Assembly (NCBI GenBank): GCA_015065175.1
Contig: SVQV01000002.1
Coordinates: 1 to 57,362, forward strand
DNA length: 57,362 nt
Origin: Oscillospiraceae bacterium
Lineage (GTDB): Bacteria; Bacillota; Clostridia; Oscillospirales; CAG-272
Reading direction: 5' to 3'
Shown: positions 37,021-46,328 of the stretch, one piece after another
How positions within the stretch are numbered: the stretch's first letter is position 1
Layout: each line of letters starts with the position of its first letter
Position numbers and translations under genes: made by a program
Notes under the pieces: generated by a model
What the model saw: only the letters and a program-made list of their open reading frames with translations
Database searches by the model: none
Told to the model about the DNA's origin: nothing

Positions 37021-37059
37021 TTTCAGTTTAGCAAAAATCCAACTCATTTTGGGTACAAA
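37021..37059 (-). promoter_or_regulatory. Cluster-specific conserved upstream motif, copy 1
   Basis: On the minus strand it reads TTTGTACCCA-n6-GTTGgATTTTTGCTAaACTgAAA, 21 nt before the TerS-like ATG. Confidence 0.5.
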
Positions 37060-37062
37060 AAA

Positions 37063-37096
37063 GGTGCTGTCTCAAAATTTCATTTGAGACAGCACC
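37063..37096 (-). terminator. Second, inverted copy of the groEL terminator hairpin (terminator/attenuator immediately upstream of the phage-like cluster)
   Basis: GGTGCTGTCTCAAA-atttca-TTTGAGACAGCACC. On the minus strand it is followed by TTTTTTG. Confidence 0.55.
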
Positions 37097-37309
37097 AATG
37101 AATTGCAAGCATACGCTTGCGTGAATTGAAAGCTTTGCTTTCATGAATTGCCTGCGGCATGAATTGTGCCTTACGGCACATTGATTGCAATTCAATTCAT
37201 GGAACGAAGCGAGAAATCATGGCGAAGCCAATTCATGATGCGTCAGCATCAATTTATTTATAATAACAAACAGAGCAAGAATGTGACTATCACCTTGCAC
37301 ATTAAAAAA
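37097..37309. repeat. Repeat-dense intergenic element (TGAATTG/CAATTCA motifs alternating with mini-hairpins)
   Basis: TGAATTG at 37099, 37122, 37144 and 37160, with variant TTGATTG at 37181. Inverted CAATTCA at 37188, 37193 and 37229. Mini-hairpins are GCAAGC-atac-GCTTGC, GAAAGC-ttt-GCTTTC, GTGCC-ttac-GGCAC, TGGC-gaa-GCCA and GATGC-gtca-GCATC. Confidence 0.6.
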
Positions 37310-37345
37310 GGGGGCTGTCTCAAATGAAATTTTGAGACAGCCCCC
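37304..37345 (-). terminator. groESL rho-independent terminator
   Basis: GGGGGCTGTCTCAAA-loop-TTTGAGACAGCCCCC, followed on the minus strand by TTTTTT. Confidence 0.8.
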
Positions 37346-37378
37346 ATAAATTTGGCTTTATTTAATTTTCAGGTCGGA

Positions 37379-39028
<1,650 letters not shown>

Positions 39029-39032
39029 TCAA

Positions 39033-39332
<300 letters not shown>

Positions 39333-39365
39333 TTATTCCCATATGGGATTTAAATACATTTTTGA

Positions 39366-39392
39366 TTAGCACTCGCAAGTTTTGAGTGCTAA
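39366..39392 (-). promoter_or_regulatory. CIRCE operator (HrcA binding site)
   Basis: Perfect TTAGCACTC-n9-GAGTGCTAA, 49 nt upstream of the groES ATG. Confidence 0.9.
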
Positions 39393-39503
39393 CTTCGAGA
39401 TATATTTTACTACGATATACGAAAAAATCAAGTGCTTTTTAGCAAAGTTAACAGTTAATTAACAATATTTTGGAAAACAGGAAGATACAGTCATAAAAAG
39501 GAC

Positions 39504-40241
39504 TTATTCGGACAGCTCTTCGCGGAAAAAAGCGAGAATTTTCTTTTCTTCTCTTGATACCTTGACCTGAGTAAGCCCCAAAGCGTTTGCCGTCTCCTCC
39601 TGGGAAAAATTGCGGTAATAGCGTAAAAGTATTATCTTGCGCTTAAGCTCGGGCAGCTTATCTATTGCGGCACTTATCGCTATTTTGTTGAGCATTCTCT
39701 CGTTTTCATCCTCGTCATAAAGCGTTCCCTCCAAGGACATTCCTTCCTCGTCGCCGTAAACAGGATCGGAAAGAGAAGAAACGGGTGATATCGAATCGAG
39801 CGCCGAGGCGGCTTCCTCGGGGCTTACGTTGCACCTTTCTGCCAGCTCGGATATCTTTACGCGCTCCTGACCCGCAGACTGAAGCTTTTCCTTTTCCGCC
39901 ATAAGCATCGCCCCGAGCCTTTTCTGGCTTCGGGACACCTTTATGGGTCCGTCATCACGAAGAAATCTCCGTATCTCTCCGAAAATAAGAGGAACGGCAT
40001 AGGTAGAAAAGGCGCAGTTTCTGCTTGCGTCAAAGGTCCTTATAGCCTTTAAAAGTCCCATATTTCCGAGCGCGACAAGATCGTCCAAGTCGGTGCCTCT
40101 GCCGCAAAAGCGGGAAGCGATGCCCTTGACGAGTCCGCCGTTCAATCTGAAAAGCTCCTCTGTCGCATCCTTGTCTCCGTTGTGAGATTTCTCTATCAGA
40201 GTTATGTTTTCACTGTATTTATTTTCGGTCATAGCAATCAC
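39504..40241 (-). CDS. sigF: Sporulation sigma factor SigF
   Basis: Group-3 sigma factor that follows spoIIAA-spoIIAB. Regions 2 and 4 are recognisable (GLVKGIASRF, YRNFSQEETANALGLTQVKVSREEKK). The start may be ATG 40232. Confidence 0.85.
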   Translation of the reverse strand: MIAMTENKYSENITLIEKSHNGDKDATEELFRLNGGLVKGIASRFCGRGTDLDDLVALGNMGLLKAIRTFDASRNCAFSTYAVPLIFGEIRRFLRDDGPIKVSRSQKRLGAMLMAEKEKLQSAGQERVKISELAERCNVSPEEAASALDSISPVSSLSDPVYGDEEGMSLEGTLYDEDENERMLNKIAISAAIDKLPELKRKIILLRYYRNFSQEETANALGLTQVKVSREEKKILAFFREELSE

Positions 40242-40672
40242 GACAAGCGCTTTTTCAAAGTAACCTTGGTTCCCTTACCGAGTCGGCTGCTTACGCTCAG
40301 CTTATCTGTAAATGTCTCCATGACCGAGAAGCCCATTCCGCTGCGTTCACCGTCGGGATCGGTAGTGAAAAGAGGCTGAAGCGCTTGCTTTACATCGGCA
40401 ATCCCGCATCCCTTGTCCCGTATTTCTATTTTTACGGAACGGTCGTTATACAGCACAGTCGATATGTAGATCACGCCACCGTTATTTTTATAGGCATGGA
40501 CTATACAGTTTGTCACCGCCTCGGATACGGCGCATTTTATGTCGGCGAGTTCCTCTATCGTCGGGTTGAGCTGAGCGCAAAAAACACCCACTACAGAGCG
40601 GCAGACACTTTCGTTTACCGAGAGGGCGGGTAAGGATATGTTCATCTTGTTGAGTATTTTTTCGTCTTTCAT
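40238..40672 (-). CDS. spoIIAB: Anti-sigma F factor (serine kinase SpoIIAB)
   Basis: 144 aa HATPase_c protein with N box EAVTNCIVHAY and G boxes DKGCGI and GERSGMGF. Confidence 0.9.
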   Translation of the reverse strand: MKDEKILNKMNISLPALSVNESVCRSVVGVFCAQLNPTIEELADIKCAVSEAVTNCIVHAYKNNGGVIYISTVLYNDRSVKIEIRDKGCGIADVKQALQPLFTTDPDGERSGMGFSVMETFTDKLSVSSRLGKGTKVTLKKRLS

Positions 40673-41016
40673 TTCTTTTTCTCCTTATTTGCTTCTATTA
40701 CGAGGTTTTCTATTCGGGAAACTCCCGCAAGGGAGAGGATTTTTCTTGTCCTTTCGTTTGCGTTTATGAGATACACCTTTGCGCCTATCTCCTGACATAG
40801 CGAGGCGCGGCCTAAGACAAGCCCCAGCCCCGAGCTGTCCATGAAGCTGACCTTGCAAAGATCAAGTATCAGCTTCTCGGGACGGTAGCGAAACAAAAGC
40901 CCGTCTATTTTTTCACGTATTCCGACAGCAGTGTGGTGGTCGATTTCACCCTCTATCAAAGCAGACAGGACCCCGTCCCTGTAATCCGTATGGCAAAAAG
41001 CGTTTTCCTTTATCAT
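40669..41016 (-). CDS. spoIIAA: Anti-sigma F factor antagonist (STAS, SpoIIAA)
   Basis: 115 aa STAS domain with the FMDSSGLG phosphorylation motif. Confidence 0.9.
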   Translation of the reverse strand: MIKENAFCHTDYRDGVLSALIEGEIDHHTAVGIREKIDGLLFRYRPEKLILDLCKVSFMDSSGLGLVLGRASLCQEIGAKVYLINANERTRKILSLAGVSRIENLVIEANKEKKK

Positions 41017-41204
41017 TTTTTTGTGTTACTCTCCTGTTTTTTTCATTTTCTTTTTCCTTGATTATACATAATTGAATTCAAAAACAATGTCGCAATTTGT
41101 TCGGGCAACTGATAAATTCGAATATATTTTCATTATTTTTTTGTTAACACATTTTTTTGGAAAATATGATACAATTAATTCAGAACGATGAAAGGAGACA
41201 CGTT

Positions 41205-42491
41205 ATGAGACACAAAACAGAGAAAAGCTATACAGCGGGCAAAACACAAGAGCTGAAGGCTACCCACGCCCTTGATATACGCGTTGAGGTGAAAAAAGAG
41301 CCGAACAATAAAAAGAAGCCCGAGATACATACATCTGTAAAACGGACTTCCTTCGCCTCATACGCTGTTTTTATACTTACTATCATACTCGGAGCGTTTT
41401 CGCTTTTTGGCTGCGATAACAATTTTGAGCTTCCTGCAGATATTGACAGTATTGTCTGGGCTGACAAGCTTGATACTGCCTCCAACGGCATGCCTATGTC
41501 ATGGGAGGGCTGGCGGATCGAGCCTTACTCTCCTTCTTCCGATAAGCTTCAACGGGAATTGAAAAGCGCATCCCCCGAGCAGTATTTTGCTCTGCATATA
41601 TCAAAGACATTTTCGGACGGCTTTACTTATAACGGAAGGACCGTTTCGGATATAGCAGCCGAAATGCAGGAAAACGAGCTGATATTCAATAAGCTTTTGC
41701 AGCTTCTCAAGGCGGGAGACCGTCTGAAATACGGCGAATTGATTTATACCGAGGGAACTCCCGAGGGCGAAAAATGGACAAAATCACTGTATGATAAGAC
41801 TATTGAGTATTACGGTGAGGATTTTCTTATTAACTACGTCTTTGGCGGAGAGTTTGACAGGGCAAGGGCGGAGGCTGATCTCGCAAGCGCCGAAGTGAAA
41901 GCCAAGCAGCTCGAGGAAGCGCGGCAGGAGATATATGAGGCGTATCACAGAAGTTGTGCCGACGAAATAGAAAAGATTTTTTCTGATTTCGGAGCAAGCA
42001 CCGTCACAAAAAACGGTAAGCTTTTCGTCTTTATCCGCAAGGAACAGCTTGCCACGATTGAAATTTCCGACAAGGAGAGCTATATTTTAAGTCTCGCAAA
42101 GCGCAGAAATTATGAGCATGAGGAAGGCGACATACCTGTTTTTGAAAACAGTGTTACGGGGTTTGCTCTCGAAAAGATATACTGCCAGACCTTTGACGGT
42201 TCGCAGGGGTATGCGGAAAGCGACTCGGAGTTGATAGAAAAGATCAATTCAATGATAGAGGCGGGACAGTTTGATACTGATAGCGTCATTATTTCCTTTT
42301 CAAGCAGTGAAGAACTGACGGAAGAGCTTTTTTCGGGTATAAGACACGAAAATATAAACATTACTCCGAAATACCAAACAAGCTCCTTCGCCCGGCTGGC
42401 GGTAAAGTACGAAAATATTGATCTTGAGGAAATAAAAAAACTGTCCGGTATGCAGGAAATTAAGGGGATAAGCATTTATTTGCAAAAATAA
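41205..42491 (+). CDS. Hypothetical membrane-anchored/lipoprotein-like protein
   Basis: Start at ATG 41205 behind AAAGGAGA. One TM segment ends in a lipobox-like LFGC. The extracytoplasmic part has no motif I recognise. Confidence 0.6.
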   Translation: MRHKTEKSYTAGKTQELKATHALDIRVEVKKEPNNKKKPEIHTSVKRTSFASYAVFILTIILGAFSLFGCDNNFELPADIDSIVWADKLDTASNGMPMSWEGWRIEPYSPSSDKLQRELKSASPEQYFALHISKTFSDGFTYNGRTVSDIAAEMQENELIFNKLLQLLKAGDRLKYGELIYTEGTPEGEKWTKSLYDKTIEYYGEDFLINYVFGGEFDRARAEADLASAEVKAKQLEEARQEIYEAYHRSCADEIEKIFSDFGASTVTKNGKLFVFIRKEQLATIEISDKESYILSLAKRRNYEHEEGDIPVFENSVTGFALEKIYCQTFDGSQGYAESDSELIEKINSMIEAGQFDTDSVIISFSSSEELTEELFSGIRHENINITPKYQTSSFARLAVKYENIDLEEIKKLSGMQEIKGISIYLQK

Positions 42492-42572
42492 TAATATAGC
42501 GTATAACACAAAAAGGGCGCTCCTTGCAAAATGCAGGGAACACCCTTTTAAATTTAACTGTATTTGATTTTT

Positions 42573-42668
42573 CAGCTCAGCTTAGTCAGGTTTCCGTTTG
42601 ATGTATATACGGCTCCGATCATTTCGGTGCCGTAGCGGACATTTCGCCGCCGCGGCGGGAATATTGAA
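42573..42668 (-). pseudogene. Relic of the 3' end of a Gfo/Idh/MocA oxidoreductase paralogue
   Basis: 42573-42623 matches 44194-44244 with a few mismatches (it encodes ..AVYTSNGNLTKLS* versus ..AVYTSNGNLTKLN*). 42627-42668 matches 44485-44535. About 230 bp has been deleted internally. Confidence 0.7.
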
Positions 42669-42689
42669 ATATGCATTAAAATATGCCTT

Positions 42690-43979
42690 TCACGCATTCA
42701 AGGAGTCTTCGTTCAAGAGGAAATCATACAATCCCATATGAACTATTCCGTTATCATCAATCCAAGGTCTCATAGAAGTTTTGGTTATGATTATTTTTTT
42801 GAAGAAATCTTTAGCATTTAACAACGGTCTAAGCTCGGTTTTGGCTTTTTCTGGATTATCAATATTCAGCGCAGATTGGATATAATATCTATGATTGCCC
42901 CTGTTGACCACAAAATCAATTTCGCAAGCAATCTTATGCCTGTTTCCTGCCGTATCGGTTTCGTATACATCAACGACACCGACATCAACCGAATATCCTC
43001 TTGCAATAAGCTCATTATAAATAATATTCTCCATAATATGAGTTTCTTCTTGCTGTCTTAAATTTAACCTCACATTTCTGAGACCGATATCGCTACAATA
43101 ATATTTTACAGGATAAGAAAAATACTTGCGCCCCTTAACATCATATCTTTTTGCACATCGGAACAAAAACGAATCATCAAGATATTCAAGGTAATTAGCA
43201 ATAGTCTGGTTGGAAACTTTAATATTCTTTACGGTTTGAAGAGTGTTTGTAAGCTTGGTAGAATTGGTGAGAGAGCCTACAGATGAACAGAGGGCATCGG
43301 TCAATTCACTAAACACGTCCGTAAGTTCGATTTTATACCTTTCAACAACATCTTTAAAATAAACCTCGTCGAAGAGCGCAGACAAATACGAATATTTTTC
43401 GTCATCAGTCCTTTTGTAGAGAACAAGAGGCATTCCGCCGTATAATGCGTATTCTTCAAATGCATCGCTTTTGTCGCCGCCTTTAAAATCGTAGAATTCT
43501 TTGAAAGAAAGCGGATATACTTCAACAGAATCTCCTCTGCCGCGAAACTCGGTCATTACATCCTTGGATAGCATTTTTGAATTACTTCCGGTGACGTATA
43601 TATCAACATTTCTTAAGCGTAGCAACCCGTTAAGAACATCATAAAGCTTTATAGCGTTCGGATTTTGCAATTCAGCGGTAGAAATGGCGTACTGAACCTC
43701 GTCAATCATAATATAAAACATTTCGGTTTTATTGGTTATACGAGAACGAATATATGCGGAAAGCTCAGAAGGATCTCTATATTTCACATTTGTGTCATCA
43801 TCTAAAGCAATGGCGATAATCTGCTCCTCTTTTACTCCCTGAGAAATAAGGTAGTCATAAAAAATATTAAACAAAAGATAGCTTTTTCCGCATCTGCGAA
43901 TACCGGTTATAACCTTAATAAGACCGTTTTCCTTTCGGCTGATTAGTTTTTCAAGGTATCGATCTCTTTTTATAAACAT
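42690..43979 (-). CDS. AAA+ ATPase of the AAA_14/DUF4143 (COG1373) type
   Basis: 429 aa with Walker A GIRRCGKSYL and Walker B-like FYIMIDEVQ. The gene is visibly more AT-rich than its neighbours. Confidence 0.8.
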   Translation of the reverse strand: MFIKRDRYLEKLISRKENGLIKVITGIRRCGKSYLLFNIFYDYLISQGVKEEQIIAIALDDDTNVKYRDPSELSAYIRSRITNKTEMFYIMIDEVQYAISTAELQNPNAIKLYDVLNGLLRLRNVDIYVTGSNSKMLSKDVMTEFRGRGDSVEVYPLSFKEFYDFKGGDKSDAFEEYALYGGMPLVLYKRTDDEKYSYLSALFDEVYFKDVVERYKIELTDVFSELTDALCSSVGSLTNSTKLTNTLQTVKNIKVSNQTIANYLEYLDDSFLFRCAKRYDVKGRKYFSYPVKYYCSDIGLRNVRLNLRQQEETHIMENIIYNELIARGYSVDVGVVDVYETDTAGNRHKIACEIDFVVNRGNHRYYIQSALNIDNPEKAKTELRPLLNAKDFFKKIIITKTSMRPWIDDNGIVHMGLYDFLLNEDSLNA

Positions 43980-44109
43980 GGTAGAAACTCCCTTTTTGAA
44001 TGTAAACTTCGGTGAAAATCACCGAACTTTCAAACATATTATATCACATTCTTTTGCTTTTTACAACCCCTTTGCTTGAAAACAAGTTGTTTTGCACCTT
44101 GCTTTCAAA

Positions 44110-44155
44110 TAAAAAGTCGCTATCTCGGCGTGTAGATCACGCTTTGAAAGCGACT
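44110..44155 (-). terminator. Terminator of the AraC-oxidoreductase operon
   Basis: AGTCGCT...AGCGACT stem enclosing CGTG-n5-CACG. On the minus strand it is followed by TTTTTATTT. Confidence 0.55.
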
Positions 44156-44192
44156 GTCTTTTAGAGAAAAGGTCTTTGTTATTTTAAAATAT

Positions 44193-45233
44193 TCAATTCA
44201 GCTTAGTCAGATTTCCGTTTGATGTATATACGGCTTCGATTATCTTCTGGACCGAAAGCGTGCCCTTTCCGCTGACAGGCGGCTCGCTTCCGTTTCGGAT
44301 AGCGTCTGCGAATGCGTCTATTTCCTTTGTGTACATATTGCCGAATTCGACTTCAAGCTCGACAGGCTCGACTAAAGAACGGTCCTGCTGAGCGTCATAG
44401 CCCTTTGCTTCGGGGCAGGCAAGAATTTCCACGTGTCCGCCCTCTACCTGTGAGAGCGTTCCTATAGCGATTATACTGCCCTTGGTGCCGTAAATTTCAA
44501 GCGGACATTTCGCCGCCGCGTCGGGGATGTTGAAGTTAGCGTCGACATAGGCGAGAGAGCCGTTATTCATCTTCATAAGAACGGATGCCGAGTCGTCTGC
44601 CGAGTAGTTAAAGGTCTGGTTCTGCGCAAAGCCCACACATTCGACAGCCTGCAAGCCCGAAAGGTACTGCAAAAGGTCGATGCAGTGGATGCCCATGTCC
44701 ATAAGCGCACCGCCGCCCGAAAGAGTTTTGTCCTGTCTCCAGCAGTTTTGCATTTCGGGATACCAGCAGGTGAACTGCGCGCGCATGGAAACGATATCTC
44801 CTATTTTTCCTTCCGCGATTACCTGCTTTATCGCCTGATGATAGGCGTGAAATCTCATCATAAAGCCGGTGCCGAGCTTAACGCCTTCACTCTCGCATAC
44901 GGCGATTATCTCCTCGGAGTCGGCAACAGAGAGTCCCATGGGCTTTTCAAGCAGGATATGCTTCTTTGCTTTAGCAGCGGCTATAGCCTGCTCCTTGTGA
45001 CAGAAAACGGGAGAAGCGATGTAGACTGCCTCTATTTCGTCGAGGGCAAGCAGCTCACGGTAATCGGTGAAGGCATATTTTGCCTTGTATTTTTCCTTGC
45101 ATTTTTCGGCAAAGTCAGGATTTACGTCCATGACGGCAATAAGCTCTGAGCCTTCGGAAAGCATCATTCCGGGCAGGGTTCTTCTGTCGGCAATACCGCC
45201 GCAGCCGATAACGCCCCATTTAAGTTTATTCAT
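44193..45233 (-). CDS. Gfo/Idh/MocA-family oxidoreductase
   Basis: N-terminal Rossmann motif WGVIGCGGIA and the EKP motif LLEKPM. ATGA overlap with the upstream AraC gene. Confidence 0.9.
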   Translation of the reverse strand: MNKLKWGVIGCGGIADRRTLPGMMLSEGSELIAVMDVNPDFAEKCKEKYKAKYAFTDYRELLALDEIEAVYIASPVFCHKEQAIAAAKAKKHILLEKPMGLSVADSEEIIAVCESEGVKLGTGFMMRFHAYHQAIKQVIAEGKIGDIVSMRAQFTCWYPEMQNCWRQDKTLSGGGALMDMGIHCIDLLQYLSGLQAVECVGFAQNQTFNYSADDSASVLMKMNNGSLAYVDANFNIPDAAAKCPLEIYGTKGSIIAIGTLSQVEGGHVEILACPEAKGYDAQQDRSLVEPVELEVEFGNMYTKEIDAFADAIRNGSEPPVSGKGTLSVQKIIEAVYTSNGNLTKLN

Positions 45234-46129
45234 ATTGATTCATGATTCCTTTCGGTTTTTAATTTTTTTGTTTCTACATTGCTTATCAGCATTTTTCTGA
45301 AATCCCTCGGAGAGTGTCCCACTCTCTTTTTGAAATACCTTGAAAAATATTCGGGGCTTTCAAATCCGAGGATTTCGGATACCTGTCTTACAGTGACACT
45401 GCTTTCACGCAGTAGCCTTTTCGCTTCGGTGAGCTTCAGCGTAAGATAGTATTCTATAGGAGAACAGCTCACTTGTTTTTTGAATATATCGCATAAAAAG
45501 GATTTGCTGAAATGAAATTTATCACTTAAGTCGTTAAGTGTCAGCTTGCCACAGATGTTTTTCTTCATATATTCGCACAATTCTTCTACTATCGGGTCCA
45601 TGCTTGAGTCCTTGCGGTTATCTGTTGCTTTGGTTTCGTCTCCTGCAAACTCACGCATTAAAAGCAAGAGCAGCTCCTCGAAAAGCAAACGCGACATTTG
45701 CTCTCCGCCTAAGGGCGGATGCTCGCGCAAGCTGCCCGAATTTGGGTAATCTGACACCCTATAGGTCGCATTGCATTCATTCATAAGCGCTTTTAAAGTA
45801 TTTGTTACACTTTCAGAAACCCTTAAGGTCTTGCCTCTGAAATGTTCAATGGCGGGGGAGTCGCAATAAAACAGTATGTTGAACACGGTAGCGATGCTTT
45901 TTCCGTTGCAGACGGTATTGTGAGGCTCGTTCGGGTGGTGAAACACTATGTCTCCTGCTCGCAGTAATTTGCTTCCCTCGTCGGTGACGCAGAGCGCTTC
46001 GCCGCCGTCAATATAGAAAAATTCCCACTCGTCATGCTCATGAAACTCTGTTTGAAAGGCGGGCGAGAGGTCATTAAAATTTATCATGTAAAAGCCTTTT
46101 ACATGTATCAGATCTCTATTGCTTGCCAT
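45230..46129 (-). CDS. AraC-family regulator (cupin + HTH), paralogue 1
   Basis: 299 aa from ATG 46129 behind AGAGGAA. The C-terminus EYFSRYFKKRVGHSPRDFRKMLI is identical to that of paralogue 2. Confidence 0.85.
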   Translation of the reverse strand: MASNRDLIHVKGFYMINFNDLSPAFQTEFHEHDEWEFFYIDGGEALCVTDEGSKLLRAGDIVFHHPNEPHNTVCNGKSIATVFNILFYCDSPAIEHFRGKTLRVSESVTNTLKALMNECNATYRVSDYPNSGSLREHPPLGGEQMSRLLFEELLLLLMREFAGDETKATDNRKDSSMDPIVEELCEYMKKNICGKLTLNDLSDKFHFSKSFLCDIFKKQVSCSPIEYYLTLKLTEAKRLLRESSVTVRQVSEILGFESPEYFSRYFKKRVGHSPRDFRKMLISNVETKKLKTERNHESI

Positions 46130-46328
46130 AATTTCCTCTTTCATTCGGAAGATAATTCAACTTTTGCGAAGTACAGACTCCCAAAAGAGCGTATCTCCTG
46201 CTGCAATTTTAATTTTTCTTGAATAGTATTTTATCATACTTGCATAAAAAAATCAATAGCTTTTTAAAAGCTGTGGCAGATATTTCAATTTTTGTGTATG
46301 ATTGTTTTTTGATGCCGAATACACGCGC

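Larger units (their letters stand above)
20886..37059 (-). mobile_element. Phage-derived head/fibre gene cluster lacking integrase, replication, regulatory and endolysin genes (cryptic or domesticated, GTA-like candidate)
   Basis: 16 co-oriented intact ORFs with overlapping stops and starts, recognisable as TerS, TerL, portal, capsid and fibre. The flanks are housekeeping genes. The left limit is uncertain (21862 or 20886). Confidence 0.7.

Noticed and set aside
20886-37059. Intact inducible prophage
   Set aside because: No integrase, repressor/antirepressor, replication, tail tube/tape measure or endolysin genes are present. No att-like direct repeats or tRNA were seen at the borders. It is therefore reported as a cryptic or domesticated cluster instead.
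41017-41156. Spo0A boxes and a sigma-H promoter upstream of spoIIAA
   Set aside because: Only near-matches to TGTCGAA are present (TGTCGCA, TTCGAAT). That is too degenerate to call without a scoring matrix.
42690-43979. DUF4143 ATPase as a stand-alone anti-phage defence system
   Set aside because: It is a single gene with no nuclease or effector partner in the island, and I know of no established defence role for the family. Only the insertion structure is reported.
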